Assembly (NCBI GenBank): GCA_965224245.1
Contig: CBDCYW010000010.1
Location: 1 to 64,000 of the forward strand
Direction: 5' to 3'
From: Candidatus Eiseniibacteriota bacterium
GTDB taxonomy: Bacteria; Eisenbacteria; RBG-16-71-46; CAZAMP01
Length of the DNA: 64,000 nt
In this document: positions 30,584 through 41,911 of the stretch, piece after piece
How the letters are laid out: each line of letters starts with the position of its first letter
How positions within the stretch are numbered: position 1 is the first letter of the stretch
Notes under the pieces: generated by a model
Database searches by the model: none
Told to the model about the DNA's origin: nothing
What the model saw: the letters and a program-made list of their open reading frames with translations, nothing else
Program-made: the position numbers and the translations under genes

Positions 30584-30689
30584 CCGTGCATCATCGACGG
30601 CACGACGGGCATGCGCCATCGCTCTTCGCGGGCAAGGGCATGCCCGGTGCGTGGTCGGCTCCACTCAGTCACCGGAACGGAGGTTCCCG

Positions 30690-31391
30690 ATGAAACGCCT
30701 GCGCGTAGCTCTCATACTCTGTTGCCTCGGAACCTCCTCATCCGCCGCCGTGCTCGTCGATGGCGATGAAGACTGGCGAGGCCACTTTGCGCTGTCGCAG
30801 CCGGTCAATGGCAACGTCTATACCATCATCCAGTTCGACTCCGACCTGATCATCGGCGGCAGCTTCCGAATCGGTGGCGCGCCGATCGTGCGCTGGAACG
30901 GGACCGAGTGGGAGCCGATGGGGACAGGCTTCGGGTCCAGCTCCTCTGTCGTTCACGACGCGATTGTCTACGACGGTGACCTGGTCGTGACCGGCAATGT
31001 GGGGATTCTCCATCGGTGGGTTGACGACCACTGGGAGGTCTTCAACGGTGGCTTCGCCGGTGGCAGTGTGGGCCACGTCCTCCTTGAGCAGGACGGCAAT
31101 CTGTTCATCGGAGGTGAGTTTAGTGGGGTCAATGGAGTCAGTGCCAGCAGGGTCGCGTTCTGGGATGGAGCCGAATGGCACCCCATGGGCGCGGGTTTCA
31201 ACAACGAAGTGTCCGCGATGGCCATGCATGATGGGGTTCTTTACGCGGGTGGGAGCTTCAGCCAGAGCGGCACGACGCCGACGGAGCACATCGCTCGATG
31301 GAATGGCAGTAGCTGGGAGGATGTTGCCGGCGGGATGAACAACTGGGTTGGTGCGCTGATCACCTATGATTCGCTTCTGTTGGCTGGCGGG
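30690..31391 (+). pseudogene. Secreted beta-propeller protein truncated by IS
   Basis: RBS GGAGG, signal peptide and the same WDG repeats; reading frame runs into the IS end at 31392. Confidence 0.85.
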
Positions 31392-31832
31392 TGTTCGTCG
31401 TCAGAGCCTTTGGGACACTTCGCGGCTCATCGCTATGGACACGTCCCTCACGTCGGCTGGCCGGATGACGTCCTTTCTCGTGACCGGCAAGCCTGATTGT
31501 AGCGCCTCCTGCGTCGCAGGGTCTCTCGCTTCACGAGCGCCCTGGCTGAACGGATCTCACGCCCTCGGCCCTCGTACACGTCCGCCGGCGTGAGGTTGTC
31601 GAGCGCCTCGTGGACGCGCTCGTGGTTGTAGTGCTCGACGAACCGACCGATCTCCTCTGACAACTCCGCGGGCTGGTAGTAGTTGCGGAGCGTCACCACG
31701 TTCTTCATCGTGCGGTGGTACCGCTCGATCGTAAGCGGTCAGTCCTCGGAGCATTCCCGTGCCTCGAGATCTGAGATAGAACACAAGCGCGCCAACGACG
31801 GCGCGTGACTTCGTTCATCTCGATCGAAAGGC

Positions 31833-32132
31833 ATGACGATGACGACCCTCAACCCCGGCCGGGTCCGCCGCACCGAGACGCAGTGGCGTCAGATCTTGCG
31901 TCAGTACGAGCGCAGCGGCCTGAGCGCGGCCGCGTTCTGCCGCCGCCAGTCGCTCACACTGTCGAGCTTGCGTCGCTGGCAGAAGAAGCTCGGCGCCGAG
32001 AGCCCCTCGATCACTCCGCCCTCGGATGACACCCGGGAGTTCGTCGAGGTCGCGATGTCCGAGTCGCCGTCGGCGTTCTGGGCGATCGAGATCGAGATGC
32101 CCGATGGTCGCGTCCTCCGCATGCGCGGGTAG
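31833..32132 (+). CDS. tnpA: IS66 TnpA
   Basis: SGLSAAAFCRRQSL..SLRRWQKKL. Confidence 0.9.
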   Translation: MTMTTLNPGRVRRTETQWRQILRQYERSGLSAAAFCRRQSLTLSSLRRWQKKLGAESPSITPPSDDTREFVEVAMSESPSAFWAIEIEMPDGRVLRMRG

Positions 32133-32135
32133 TCG

Positions 32136-32462
32136 ATGTTCGCGCCGTCGGGCGTCCGTCGGATCCTCGCCTATCGCGAGCCGGTCGACATGCGAAAGAG
32201 CTTCGATGGGCTCGTCGCGATCGTGAAGAACGTGCTCGTCGAGGACCCGCTCTCGCACACTCTGTACATCTTCGTGAACCGACGCGGCAACTACCTGAAG
32301 CTGGTGTACTGGGATCGGACGGGCTTCTGCCTGTTCGCCAAGCGTCTCGAGCAGGGCCGGTTCGCGATCCCGGGCACCTCTCGCACCGAGGAGCTGAGCG
32401 AGCAGACGCTTCGGTTGGTGCTCGACGGAATCTCGCTTGGAAGGAGCACGCGCATACGGTAG
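32136..32462 (+). CDS. tnpB: IS66 TnpB accessory protein
   Basis: PVDMRKSFDGL, KLVYWDRTGF, KRLEQGRF. Confidence 0.95.
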   Translation: MFAPSGVRRILAYREPVDMRKSFDGLVAIVKNVLVEDPLSHTLYIFVNRRGNYLKLVYWDRTGFCLFAKRLEQGRFAIPGTSRTEELSEQTLRLVLDGISLGRSTRIR

Positions 32463-32471
32463 AAACGACCC

Positions 32472-34037
32472 ATGACGTACACCGAACGCGCGGCCGCGAT
32501 GAGCCGAGACGAGATGGCCGAGATCTTGATCAAGTACGACGAGATGGCGCGGCAGCTGGCGTTCTTCAAGAAGCAGCTCTTCGGTCCGAAGTCGGAACGT
32601 CGGGTCATTGATCCCTCAGGCGACCAGCTGTGGATCGGTGAGACCGAGGGTGCCGGTGAGCCCGATGCGCCGGCTCCGACGGTGACGGTCGCCGAGCACG
32701 AACGGCGGCGGCGTCCGCGCCGCGCGGTCGGCGGCGACGAGCCCGTTCGCTTCGATCCGTCGGTTCCCGTGGAGACGATCGAGGTCACCAACCTCGACGT
32801 TCCCGAGAGCGAGCGCGACCAGTACGTCGTTGTGAGCCGGAAGATCACCGAGCGGCTGGCGCAGCGCCCGGGTCCGTACGTGGTGCTTCGCTACGTGCGC
32901 ACGGTGCTCAAGCGCAAGTCCGACGGCATGTTCTCGTGTCCGCCGGCCCCGGAGTCGGTGCTCGAGAAGAGCATGGCCGACGTCAGCTTCCTGGCCGGGC
33001 TGGTGATCGACAAGCTGAGCTACCACCTTCCGCTCCATCGCCAGCATCAGCGTCTCGCCGCCGCCGGCGTTCGGATCGGACGCTCGACGCTGACCGGCTA
33101 CTTCCAGCGCGTCGCGGACCTTCTGGATCCGATCTACCACGCCCAGCTGGGCTCGATCCTCCACAGCAAGGTCCTGGCGATGGACGAGACGCCGATCAAG
33201 GCGGGCCCGAAGAAGAACAAGCCGCCGGGCACGCGCGGGGCGATGCACACGGGGTACTTCTGGCCGCTGTACGGCGATCACGACGAGGTGGCGTTCCCGT
33301 TCGCTGCGACGCGCGCGCACGCGGTGGTGGCCAAGACGCTCGGGGAGTACGCGGGCACGTTGCTGACCGACGGATACGAGGCGTACGAGAAGTACGCGGC
33401 CACGCTCGCGGGGGTCGTGCACGCGCAGTGCTGGGGCCACGTGCGCCGACACCTGGTGGCGGCCGAGTCGTCGGAGCCGGCGCTGGCGGCCGAGGCGCTG
33501 GATCGCATCGGCACGCTCTACGAACTCGAGGCGGAACATCGAACCGCCTCGATGACGCCCCAGGAGATCCTGGCGCATCGCCGCACGCACAGCCGCCCGG
33601 TGGTCGATGCGTTCTTCGCCTGGCTCGAACAGGTTCGCGTCGAGCATCTGCTCTTGCCGTCGAGCCCGTTCACCAAGGCGATCGACTACGCACTCGGGCG
33701 CGAGAAGGCGCTTCGTGTGTTCCTGGATGATCCGGCGGTCGCGCCGGACACCAACCACCTCGAGCGGGCGATCCGTCCCGTTGCCGTGGGACGACGGAAC
33801 TGGCTCTTCTGCTCGACCGAGGCCGGTGCGCATCAGCTCGGCGCTCTCCAGAGTCTCCTCGTCACGTGCCGACTGCACGGAGTCGATCCGTACACGTACC
33901 TCGTCGACGTGCTTCAGCGCGTGCACGTGCATCCGGCGAAGCGGGTGCACGAGCTGACGCCGCGGCGGTGGAAGGACCTGTTCGCCGACGACCCGATGCG
34001 ATCGGATCTCGATCGGGCGACGGCGCGGCCTTCCTGA
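32472..34037 (+). CDS. tnpC: IS66 transposase TnpC
   Basis: LFGPKSER, MDETP, TDGYEAY, CWGHVRR, ERAIRPVAVGRRNWLF. Confidence 0.95.
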   Translation: MTYTERAAAMSRDEMAEILIKYDEMARQLAFFKKQLFGPKSERRVIDPSGDQLWIGETEGAGEPDAPAPTVTVAEHERRRRPRRAVGGDEPVRFDPSVPVETIEVTNLDVPESERDQYVVVSRKITERLAQRPGPYVVLRYVRTVLKRKSDGMFSCPPAPESVLEKSMADVSFLAGLVIDKLSYHLPLHRQHQRLAAAGVRIGRSTLTGYFQRVADLLDPIYHAQLGSILHSKVLAMDETPIKAGPKKNKPPGTRGAMHTGYFWPLYGDHDEVAFPFAATRAHAVVAKTLGEYAGTLLTDGYEAYEKYAATLAGVVHAQCWGHVRRHLVAAESSEPALAAEALDRIGTLYELEAEHRTASMTPQEILAHRRTHSRPVVDAFFAWLEQVRVEHLLLPSSPFTKAIDYALGREKALRVFLDDPAVAPDTNHLERAIRPVAVGRRNWLFCSTEAGAHQLGALQSLLVTCRLHGVDPYTYLVDVLQRVHVHPAKRVHELTPRRWKDLFADDPMRSDLDRATARPS

Positions 34038-34830
34038 TCCTACCGGTTCTACATCATGCCGCGGTGAAGAGGGAATGCGCCGTTCGCTGACCGCTTACGC
34101 TCGATCTTGCCCTGCGTCATCGGGTGGTAGGGTCGACCCCGCGTGTGCGGGATCTCCCGCTCCTGGAGGTACTCCCGGAGCTGTCCCGAGACGTAGCAGG
34201 GACCGTTGTCGGTGAGGAGCCGCGGCCGCTGTCGCACGTGGGGCCGGGTGACCCCGGTGCGGGCGATGGCCTGCTCGAGCACCCGCTCCACGTCATCGGT
34301 CGCCATTTGCCGACAGAGCAGCCAGGCGATGATGAACCGGCTGTAGTCGTCGAGCACCGTGGCCAGGTAGTACCAGCCCCAGGCCGTCACCCGGAGGTAG
34401 GTGAAGTCCGTCTGCCAGAGCTCGTGCACACGCCGCGTCGGGTTCGGGAACGTCTCGTGCGCCGTCAGCACCATGAACGACGGGCTCGTCACCAGGTCCT
34501 GGGCCTTCAGGATGCGATACACGCTCGATTCCGAGATGTACGTCCCATCCACGTCCGTGAGCCGCCAGGCGAGCTCCCGGGGTGACAGATCGGGGTGTTC
34601 GAGCGCCACCTCGACCACGTGCTGCCGCTCTTCGTCGGGGATGCGGTTCCAGAACCGACGAGCCGCCGGCTTGACGCCCTCCAGCGCCTCGATCCCACCC
34701 TCCTGATACAGCCGGTACCAGCGGTAGAACGTGCTCGGGGCCACGTCCAGCTCTCGCAGCGTCTGCCGCACACCCAGCTCGGAGCCCTCGACCAGGCGGA
34801 TGATCTCGAGCTTCTCGGACGCCGTGTGCC

Positions 34831-35193
34831 TCATCCCACGTCCGACTCGTCGGATAGAGTCGCCCTTTTTTTCAGCATTGCATTGCGCACCGACAGATCT
34901 GCGACCACGTCCCGGAGCTGACGGATCTGCTCTCGAAGCTCCATCACCTCCGTGCTCGACGCCTCTCGCTTCGTGTTCCCCTGCAGACGCCGCTTCCCGG
35001 CCTCCAGGAACTCCTTGCTCCAGTTGTAGTAGAGGTTCGGGCTGATCCCTTCACGACGGCACAGCTCCGCGATCGTCTCCTCACCCCGGAGACCTTCCAG
35101 AACGATCCGGATCTTCTCTTCCGATGAGAACTTACGGCGGGTCTTGCGGCGGATCTCACGAACCGCCGACTCCGGGCCAGTCTTCTTCGACAT
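34831..35193 (-). CDS. Transposase OrfA (IS copy 2)
   Basis: Near-identical to 26583-26945. Confidence 0.9.
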   Translation of the reverse strand: MSKKTGPESAVREIRRKTRRKFSSEEKIRIVLEGLRGEETIAELCRREGISPNLYYNWSKEFLEAGKRRLQGNTKREASSTEVMELREQIRQLRDVVADLSVRNAMLKKRATLSDESDVG

Positions 35194-35597
35194 CAGGTCC
35201 GCTCCTTGGATGACGATTCAAAGAATACATCCCAGAAGTGACCATTGCGATTAAGCTTGATTGTGTCCCATCAGCTCTGACGCCGAACAGCGTCATGCGA
35301 AGAACGCCGTTGCGGGACGGTGTCGCATGAGATGTTCGTGTGGGTACGTCGATCAAATCAGACTGCCTTTACATGGCGGCGGTCGAGCCGTTCACCACCG
35401 TGACCGTCGCCGTCGCTCTCGCGAGTCAGTCGTGCGGAGGCGCATCGGTGTTCACCAGATCCTGCGGAAGATAGGCTCGCTCGGTAGCGATGGCAATGAT
35501 GCGTTTGCATCATTCGCGACCGCAACGCCGAGACGTGTAAGCGGTCAGCGAACGGCGCATTCCCTCTTCACCGCGGCATGATGTAGAACCGGTAGGA

Positions 35598-37163
35598 TCA
35601 GGAAGGCCGCGCCGTCGCCCGATCGAGATCCGATCGCATCGGGTCGTCGGCGAACAGGTCCTTCCACCGCCGCGGCGTCAGCTCGTGCACCCGCTTCGCC
35701 GGATGCACGTGCACGCGCTGAAGCACGTCGACGAGGTACGTGTACGGATCGACTCCGTGCAGTCGGCACGTGACGAGGAGACTCTGGAGAGCGCCGAGCT
35801 GATGCGCACCGGCCTCGGTCGAGCAGAAGAGCCAGTTCCGTCGTCCCACGGCAACGGGACGGATCGCCCGCTCGAGGTGGTTGGTGTCCGGCGCGACCGC
35901 CGGATCATCCAGGAACACACGAAGCGCCTTCTCGCGCCCGAGTGCGTAGTCGATCGCCTTGGTGAACGGGCTCGACGGCAAGAGCAGATGCTCGACGCGA
36001 ACCTGTTCGAGCCAGGCGAAGAACGCATCGACCACCGGGCGGCTGTGCGTGCGGCGATGCGCCAGGATCTCCTGGGGCGTCATCGAGGCGGTTCGATGTT
36101 CCGCCTCGAGTTCGTAGAGCGTGCCGATGCGATCCAGCGCCTCGGCCGCCAGCGCCGGCTCCGACGACTCGGCCGCCACCAGGTGTCGGCGCACGTGGCC
36201 CCAGCACTGCGCGTGCACGACCCCCGCGAGCGTGGCCGCGTACTTCTCGTACGCCTCGTATCCGTCGGTCAGCAACGTGCCCGCGTACTCCCCGAGCGTC
36301 TTGGCCACCACCGCGTGCGCGCGCGTCGCAGCGAACGGGAACGCCACCTCGTCGTGATCGCCGTACAGCGGCCAGAAGTACCCCGTGTGCATCGCCCCGC
36401 GCGTGCCCGGCGGCTTGTTCTTCTTCGGGCCCGCCTTGATCGGCGTCTCGTCCATCGCCAGGACCTTGCTGTGGAGGATCGAGCCCAGCTGGGCGTGGTA
36501 GATCGGATCCAGAAGGTCCGCGACGCGCTGGAAGTAGCCGGTCAGCGTCGAGCGTCCGATCCGAACGCCGGCGGCGGCGAGACGCTGATGCTGGCGATGG
36601 AGCGGAAGGTGGTAGCTCAGCTTGTCGATCACCAGCCCGGCCAGGAAGCTGACGTCGGCCATGCTCTTCTCGAGCACCGACTCCGGGGCCGGCGGACACG
36701 AGAACATGCCGTCGGACTTGCGCTTGAGCACCGTGCGCACGTAGCGAAGCACCACGTACGGACCCGGGCGCTGCGCCAGCCGCTCGGTGATCTTCCGGCT
36801 CACAACGACGTACTGGTCGCGCTCGCTCTCGGGAACGTCGAGGTTGGTGACCTCGATCGTCTCCACGGGAACCGACGGATCGAAGCGAACGGGCTCGTCG
36901 CCGCCGACCGCGCGGCGCGGACGCCGCCGCCGTTCGTGCTCGGCGACCGTCACCGTCGGAGCCGGCGCATCGGGCTCACCGGCACCCTCGGTCTCACCGA
37001 TCCACAGCTGGTCGCCTGAGGGATCAATGACCCGACGTTCCGACTTCGGACCGAAGAGCTGCTTCTTGAAGAACGCCAGCTGCCGCGCCATCTCGTCGTA
37101 CTTGATCAAGATCTCGGCCATCTCGTCTCGGCTCATCGCGGCCGCGCGTTCGGTGTACGTCAT
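35598..37163 (-). CDS. tnpC: IS66 transposase TnpC
   Basis: Identical protein to 32472-34037. Confidence 0.95.
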   Translation of the reverse strand: MTYTERAAAMSRDEMAEILIKYDEMARQLAFFKKQLFGPKSERRVIDPSGDQLWIGETEGAGEPDAPAPTVTVAEHERRRRPRRAVGGDEPVRFDPSVPVETIEVTNLDVPESERDQYVVVSRKITERLAQRPGPYVVLRYVRTVLKRKSDGMFSCPPAPESVLEKSMADVSFLAGLVIDKLSYHLPLHRQHQRLAAAGVRIGRSTLTGYFQRVADLLDPIYHAQLGSILHSKVLAMDETPIKAGPKKNKPPGTRGAMHTGYFWPLYGDHDEVAFPFAATRAHAVVAKTLGEYAGTLLTDGYEAYEKYAATLAGVVHAQCWGHVRRHLVAAESSEPALAAEALDRIGTLYELEAEHRTASMTPQEILAHRRTHSRPVVDAFFAWLEQVRVEHLLLPSSPFTKAIDYALGREKALRVFLDDPAVAPDTNHLERAIRPVAVGRRNWLFCSTEAGAHQLGALQSLLVTCRLHGVDPYTYLVDVLQRVHVHPAKRVHELTPRRWKDLFADDPMRSDLDRATARPS

Positions 37164-37172
37164 GGGTCGTTT

Positions 37173-37499
37173 CTACCGTATGCGCGTGCTCCTTCCAAGC
37201 GAGATTCCGTCGAGCACCAACCGAAGCGTCTGCTCGCTCAGCTCCTCGGTGCGAGAGGTGCCCGGGATCGCGAACCGGCCCTGCTCGAGACGCTTGGCGA
37301 ACAGGCAGAAGCCCGTCCGATCCCAGTACACCAGCTTCAGGTAGTTGCCGCGTCGGTTCACGAAGATGTACAGAGTGTGCGAGAGCGGGTCCTCGACGAG
37401 CACGTTCTTCACGATCGCGACGAGCCCATCGAAGCTCTTTCGCATGTCGACCGGCTCGCGATAGGCGAGGATCCGACGGACGCCCGACGGCGCGAACAT
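37173..37499 (-). CDS. tnpB: IS66 TnpB accessory protein
   Basis: Identical to 32136-32462. Confidence 0.95.
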   Translation of the reverse strand: MFAPSGVRRILAYREPVDMRKSFDGLVAIVKNVLVEDPLSHTLYIFVNRRGNYLKLVYWDRTGFCLFAKRLEQGRFAIPGTSRTEELSEQTLRLVLDGISLGRSTRIR

Positions 37500-37502
37500 C
37501 GA

Positions 37503-37802
37503 CTACCCGCGCATGCGGAGGACGCGACCATCGGGCATCTCGATCTCGATCGCCCAGAACGCCGACGGCGACTCGGACATCGCGACCTCGACGAACTCCC
37601 GGGTGTCATCCGAGGGCGGAGTGATCGAGGGGCTCTCGGCGCCGAGCTTCTTCTGCCAGCGACGCAAGCTCGACAGTGTGAGCGACTGGCGGCGGCAGAA
37701 CGCGGCCGCGCTCAGGCCGCTGCGCTCGTACTGACGCAAGATCTGACGCCACTGCGTCTCGGTGCGGCGGACCCGGCCGGGGTTGAGGGTCGTCATCGTC
37801 AT
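37503..37802 (-). CDS. tnpA: IS66 TnpA
   Basis: Identical to 31833-32132. Confidence 0.9.
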   Translation of the reverse strand: MTMTTLNPGRVRRTETQWRQILRQYERSGLSAAAFCRRQSLTLSSLRRWQKKLGAESPSITPPSDDTREFVEVAMSESPSAFWAIEIEMPDGRVLRMRG

Positions 37803-38225
37803 GCCTTTCGATCGAGATGAACGAAGTCACGCGCCGTCGTTGGCGCGCTTGTGTTCTATCTCAGATCTCGAGGCACGGGAATGCTCCGAGGACTGACCGC
37901 TTACGAGACGTGGCACGAATCGTAGGATCACATGACCGCAATCGTTGCGCCCGCGAGCTCTCTATCCAGCCGTGTCCGATCGAGTCATCGACGAACGTAT
38001 GGCGAGAGTGAGGCTTCAGAAGTGTAACTTTCGCGGGAAAGAGCCCCGTGGGTCAAGAATGTCGTGCGCCGTGAAATGGCGGCGACATCCAGCGGGTGAG
38101 ACTCCCGCCCGGCAACGGGTCGCTGCAGCCGGAAGCAGTCGAGCGGCGGCTCACGCTGCGTGCGATGTGCCGGGAGCTGGAGACGGAGTCAATCGACCAC
38201 CGCGCCAGCCCCCGATCCGACCCGG

Positions 38226-39320
38226 CTACCGAAAGCTTGTCTTGATCGATCCCCAGGACCGACGCTGGACAGGCACCGACGTGCAACCGACTCCGCAGCA
38301 GCCGATCAGAACGCCGCACGGATTGTGGTCAGGAAGACAAGCGGAGTCCTCCGAGACCTCGTAATCCCCGTCGGCGGTGGGTGCGTCCATGCAGCTCACT
38401 GGCTGACAGAATTCGGGGTCCGCACTGACGACGTTCAATAGCTCGATAGAGCCGCCCCCGTCCAGCCGACCTACGTCCACGATGGAACACTCGAACTCCG
38501 TGAGGAGAGTTCCAGAAAAGAACCCGTCGGGCCCAACGGGTGAGCAATTGCTCCAGAGCGCGGCGGCGCGAAAGGTAGTGCCGCTCGATGAATGGACTCC
38601 GCCACCTTCAGACTCGCCCCAGTTCCCGACAACCGTCGAGCGATCGATCAGTAGCGGGGCGGACGACTCGATGCCTCCACCGATCTGCGCACGATTGCCC
38701 GCGACTAGACAGTCGGACATCCAGATTCCTCCGGAGTCACTGATCCCGCCGCCCGCCCAAGCGCTGTTCGCAAGCACTTGGCACTCCATTACGATGGGGG
38801 CGTCGAATGTATCTGTCTTCCCGAGGACTCTTAGCCCACCCCCCGATCCCTCGGAATGATTGGCGACGATCCGACACCGAATGAGTTGCGGTGCGCTCCG
38901 AACGGTGAGAATGCCGCCGCCGCCCAGATCGTCGGTGACGTAGCCGTGGGTGATGGTGATCGACTCCAGGATCGAGAAGCCGCCCTCTTCACTTTGGAGG
39001 ATAAAGCCGCGGTGCGGCTCGGACTCGCTTCCACCACAGTCGATCACACAAGCCGACGCATCGCCGCTCGCGGAGTAAACGCGCACACCCTTTCCCAGGA
39101 AGTCGATGTCCCGATTGCCGGGACCACTAAAGGTCCCGTCACCAAGCTCGATCTCGTCGCCGTCGCTCGCCGCGACGATTGCATCAACAATAGTGGGGAC
39201 GTCGCCGCTACCGTCTGCCTCGACGCGGATTGTCGTCGCGCCTGTGCCTCCGTTGCAAACCAGCAATATCATGACCGCAAGGCCCATACGCGCCAAGTCG
39301 TCTCGAACCGATTGAATCAT
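38226..39320 (-). CDS. Secreted right-handed beta-helix protein
   Basis: Signal peptide, DGSGDVPTI, GG-rich NxA..GGG repeats, DPEFC, C-terminal SWGSIKTSFR. Confidence 0.85.
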   Translation of the reverse strand: MIQSVRDDLARMGLAVMILLVCNGGTGATTIRVEADGSGDVPTIVDAIVAASDGDEIELGDGTFSGPGNRDIDFLGKGVRVYSASGDASACVIDCGGSESEPHRGFILQSEEGGFSILESITITHGYVTDDLGGGGILTVRSAPQLIRCRIVANHSEGSGGGLRVLGKTDTFDAPIVMECQVLANSAWAGGGISDSGGIWMSDCLVAGNRAQIGGGIESSAPLLIDRSTVVGNWGESEGGGVHSSSGTTFRAAALWSNCSPVGPDGFFSGTLLTEFECSIVDVGRLDGGGSIELLNVVSADPEFCQPVSCMDAPTADGDYEVSEDSACLPDHNPCGVLIGCCGVGCTSVPVQRRSWGSIKTSFR

Positions 39321-40662
39321 GGTACTACCACGGTTCGAGCGACTAGAGAGCCAGCTGACGTCTCCAGCCTAACAAAGTACACGCCGGGAGACAGACGCGC
39401 GGCACCGTTTCGGCTTCTCCACGCAAACGAATGCCGCCCAGCTGGCAGGTCTCCATGAACTAGGTCACCGACCCTACGTCCGAGGACATCGTAGACGGTG
39501 AGCTGCACCAGGTCCGAGGAGCCTAGCTCGATTTGCGCGGAGAGTGGATCTTGGCTGACCGATGCAACGAATAGTGCCGGTGCGCCTTCGGAAACCTCGA
39601 TTGAGGGCGTTCCGATCAGCGATGGCCCGACAACAGTGTACGCGAAAACGACTTCGCTCGGATCGCAAGGTACCCAATCATGGGGCGGCGGGCCGATGGT
39701 GCAGTCTGAACCGGCGGGTGATACACGATAGACGTATGTTTCAAGGGTACATCCAGTTGTCGTGATTGATCCGGCAACTGGTTGGCACCAACCCATTCCC
39801 CAGTTCACGTAGTACGGAATCGTCAACCGACTGAAGGATGGTGGGATCTCCTCAAGCGCGTATCCGGTTGTGTTCACGCCGCGCCCCCACACGTGGGGAG
39901 GCACGGAGTAGGTCTTAGAGAACGTGACGTCCTTCGTCACGCGATGCCGCGTCGCGGAGTACACACCCTCGAAGTCGCCGGCGGCGAAGAGGATAGCCTC
40001 CAGGCAGTCACTCGAAGCTCCCTCGACTCCTCCTGGGCCTGCTGTCTCCTGCGCGAAACCAGGTTGCTCCAGCAGCGTTAGAGCGCGCCAGATGTTCAAT
40101 CTTCCGGTTCCGGTTTTGTCGTCCCACCCTTCCTCCTCGACATCGTCGGTGGACGACTTCAGAAGACCTTCGACATCGTCATTGTCCAGGTTGATCTCCA
40201 GCTCGGACGCGCGCGCCAGCAAGAGCGCTCCCGCTCCTGTCACCTGGGCGGTTGCGAACGACGTACCATTCTCGTATGCGTAGTCGCCCGGCGCCTCTGG
40301 TTTGCACAGGTAGACGTCCTTCGCGCCTGCAGCGAGGTCGACGTGCTGTCCCCTGGTAGCAGTAAACGCACCCTGTACCCAGCGGTCCTGCGCGTCCGTC
40401 CCTCCTACGGCGATGATTCCCTGCCCGAACGCAGCGGGGTATTGCACTGCCGTCGCATCCGGTACGCCATTCCCCATTGGAGCGTTGGCAGCCACATTGC
40501 TGACGTACACGTCGCGAAACGTAAGGCGAAGAAGAAACGAGAAGCGAGGCTGCGAGATCCCCTGCGTTATTCGCCAGCTTGTGTTGAGGATATCGATACC
40601 TGAACTCAGTGCATCGTAGATGACCTGAGATCGTTGTGGGTCACCCTCCTCGCCTGAGGTTC
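39317..40662 (-). pseudogene. S8 subtilisin-like peptidase, C-terminal part (N terminus lost at IS)
   Basis: QYPAA, GTSFATAQVTG catalytic Ser region, GWDDKTGTGRLN, C-terminal YDVLGRRV..PGVYFVRL; no Asp or His motifs. Confidence 0.85.
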
Positions 40663-41911
40663 TGGAGTTGACCCGCTTCCGTGGACGGTTTTCAACTAGG
40701 GATCGCCTCCCGGCTCTCCCGTTCGAAGCGTGACGGTGAGCGATACCCGAGCGCCGAGTGTCGACGATGTCGATTGTACCACCCCTCGATGAACTGGAAG
40801 AGCTCGCGGCGCGCATCGGTCCGGTTGCGGAAGGTCGTCCGCTCCAGGAGCTCACACTCCAGCGTGGCAAAGAAGCTCTCACACATGGCGTTGTCGTAGC
40901 AGTCCCCGACCGATCCCATCGACGGCCGAACGCCGGCCTCGCGGCACCGCCGCCCGAAGGCGTAGGACGTGTACTGACACCCCTGATCGGAGTGATGGAT
41001 CACGTTCTCTGGCCGCCGCCGGTGAAGCGCCATTTCGAGCGCCTCGAGCACGAGTTCGGTGCGGAGATGGTTAGCCATCGCCCAGCCCACGATCCGGCGA
41101 CTCCAGGCGTCGAGAACCACGGCCAGGAACAGGAAGCCGGCCCACGTGGGGATGTACGTGATGTCCGCCACCCAGAGCTCGTCCGGTCCGGTCGCCTCGA
41201 ACCTGCGCTGCACCAGATCGAGCGATGGCGACCCGTCGCCGCGCACCGTCGTCCGACGTCGTGCCCGCCGGCTCACGCCTCGCAGGCCCTTCACCAGCAT
41301 CAGTCGACGGATGCGCTTGCGGCCCACGGCACGACCATTGTCGGTGAGCTCGGCATGGATGCGGGGAACGCCGTAGGTTCCTTTCGACATCGTGTGAACG
41401 GCCTCGATCTCCGCCAGGAGTTCTTGATCTTCGAGCGACCGACGACTCGGCGACCGCTTCTTCCACGCGTAGTACCCGCTGGTGGAGACTTCCAGCACCC
41501 GACACATCGTGGCCACCGCATGATCGGCCCGGTTCGCCTTCACGAACGTGAACGCTTCGACGGGTTCGACTCGGTCTCCCGAGCGAACCAGGCCGCGGCT
41601 TTTTTTAGGATCTCTCGCTCTTCGCGAAGCTCACGGTTCTCGCGGCGCAAGCGAGAGAGCTCTTCGCGCTCCTCGGACGTCAGGCCGTCGTGGCGACGAC
41701 CCTCGTCGAGGTCGGCCTGCTTGGCCCAGTTCCGGATGGCCGCCGCGGAGGGCTCATACTCCTCCGCCAGCGACTCGGGACTCCGCCCCGATCGGACGAG
41801 TGCGACCATCTGCTCGCGGAACTCTGGCGGGTACGATCGACGGGATCTTGGCATCGGGACCTCCTGGCCACATTGTAGTGGTTCGGTGTCCACGAAACCG
41901 GGTCAACTCCA
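40663..41911 (-). mobile_element. IS3-family element (orfA 41540-41854, orfB 40692-41543)
   Basis: IRs TGGAGTTGACCCG / CGGGTCAACTCCA; A7G frameshift site at 41600-41606; WVADITY, HHSDQG, ESFFATLECE; no target duplication. Confidence 0.93.

Larger units (their letters stand above)
31731..34098 (+). mobile_element. IS66-family element, copy 1 (2368 bp)
   Basis: GTAAGCGGTCAG...CTGACCGCTTAC IRs; 8-bp target duplication GCTCGATC. Confidence 0.95.
31392..35289 (-). mobile_element. IS3/IS481-superfamily IS, copy 2, interrupted by IS66
   Basis: Same IRs as copy 1; orfA 34831-35193; orfB split at 31730/34099; flanks CTGGCGGG and GCGTCATG do not match. Confidence 0.9.
35537..37904 (-). mobile_element. 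IS66-family element, copy 2 (inverted, apparently identical; tnpA 37503-37802, tnpB 37173-37499, tnpC 35598-37163)
   Basis: Same IRs, same 2368-bp length and identical translated ORFs; flanking direct repeat GAGACGT. Confidence 0.95.

Noticed and set aside
32136-32462. TnpB as an RNA-guided nuclease
   Set aside because: This is the 108-aa IS66 accessory TnpB, unrelated to IS200/IS605 TnpB.
32616-33950. Long antisense ORFs (also 35685-37019, 46164-47102, 47710-49029, 62848-63861)
   Set aside because: Shadow ORFs of GC-rich genes with clear motifs in another frame or strand.
25519-35289. Composite transposon bounded by the two IS3-like copies
   Set aside because: Copy 1 has its own target duplication, so it inserted independently, and the outer flanks do not match.
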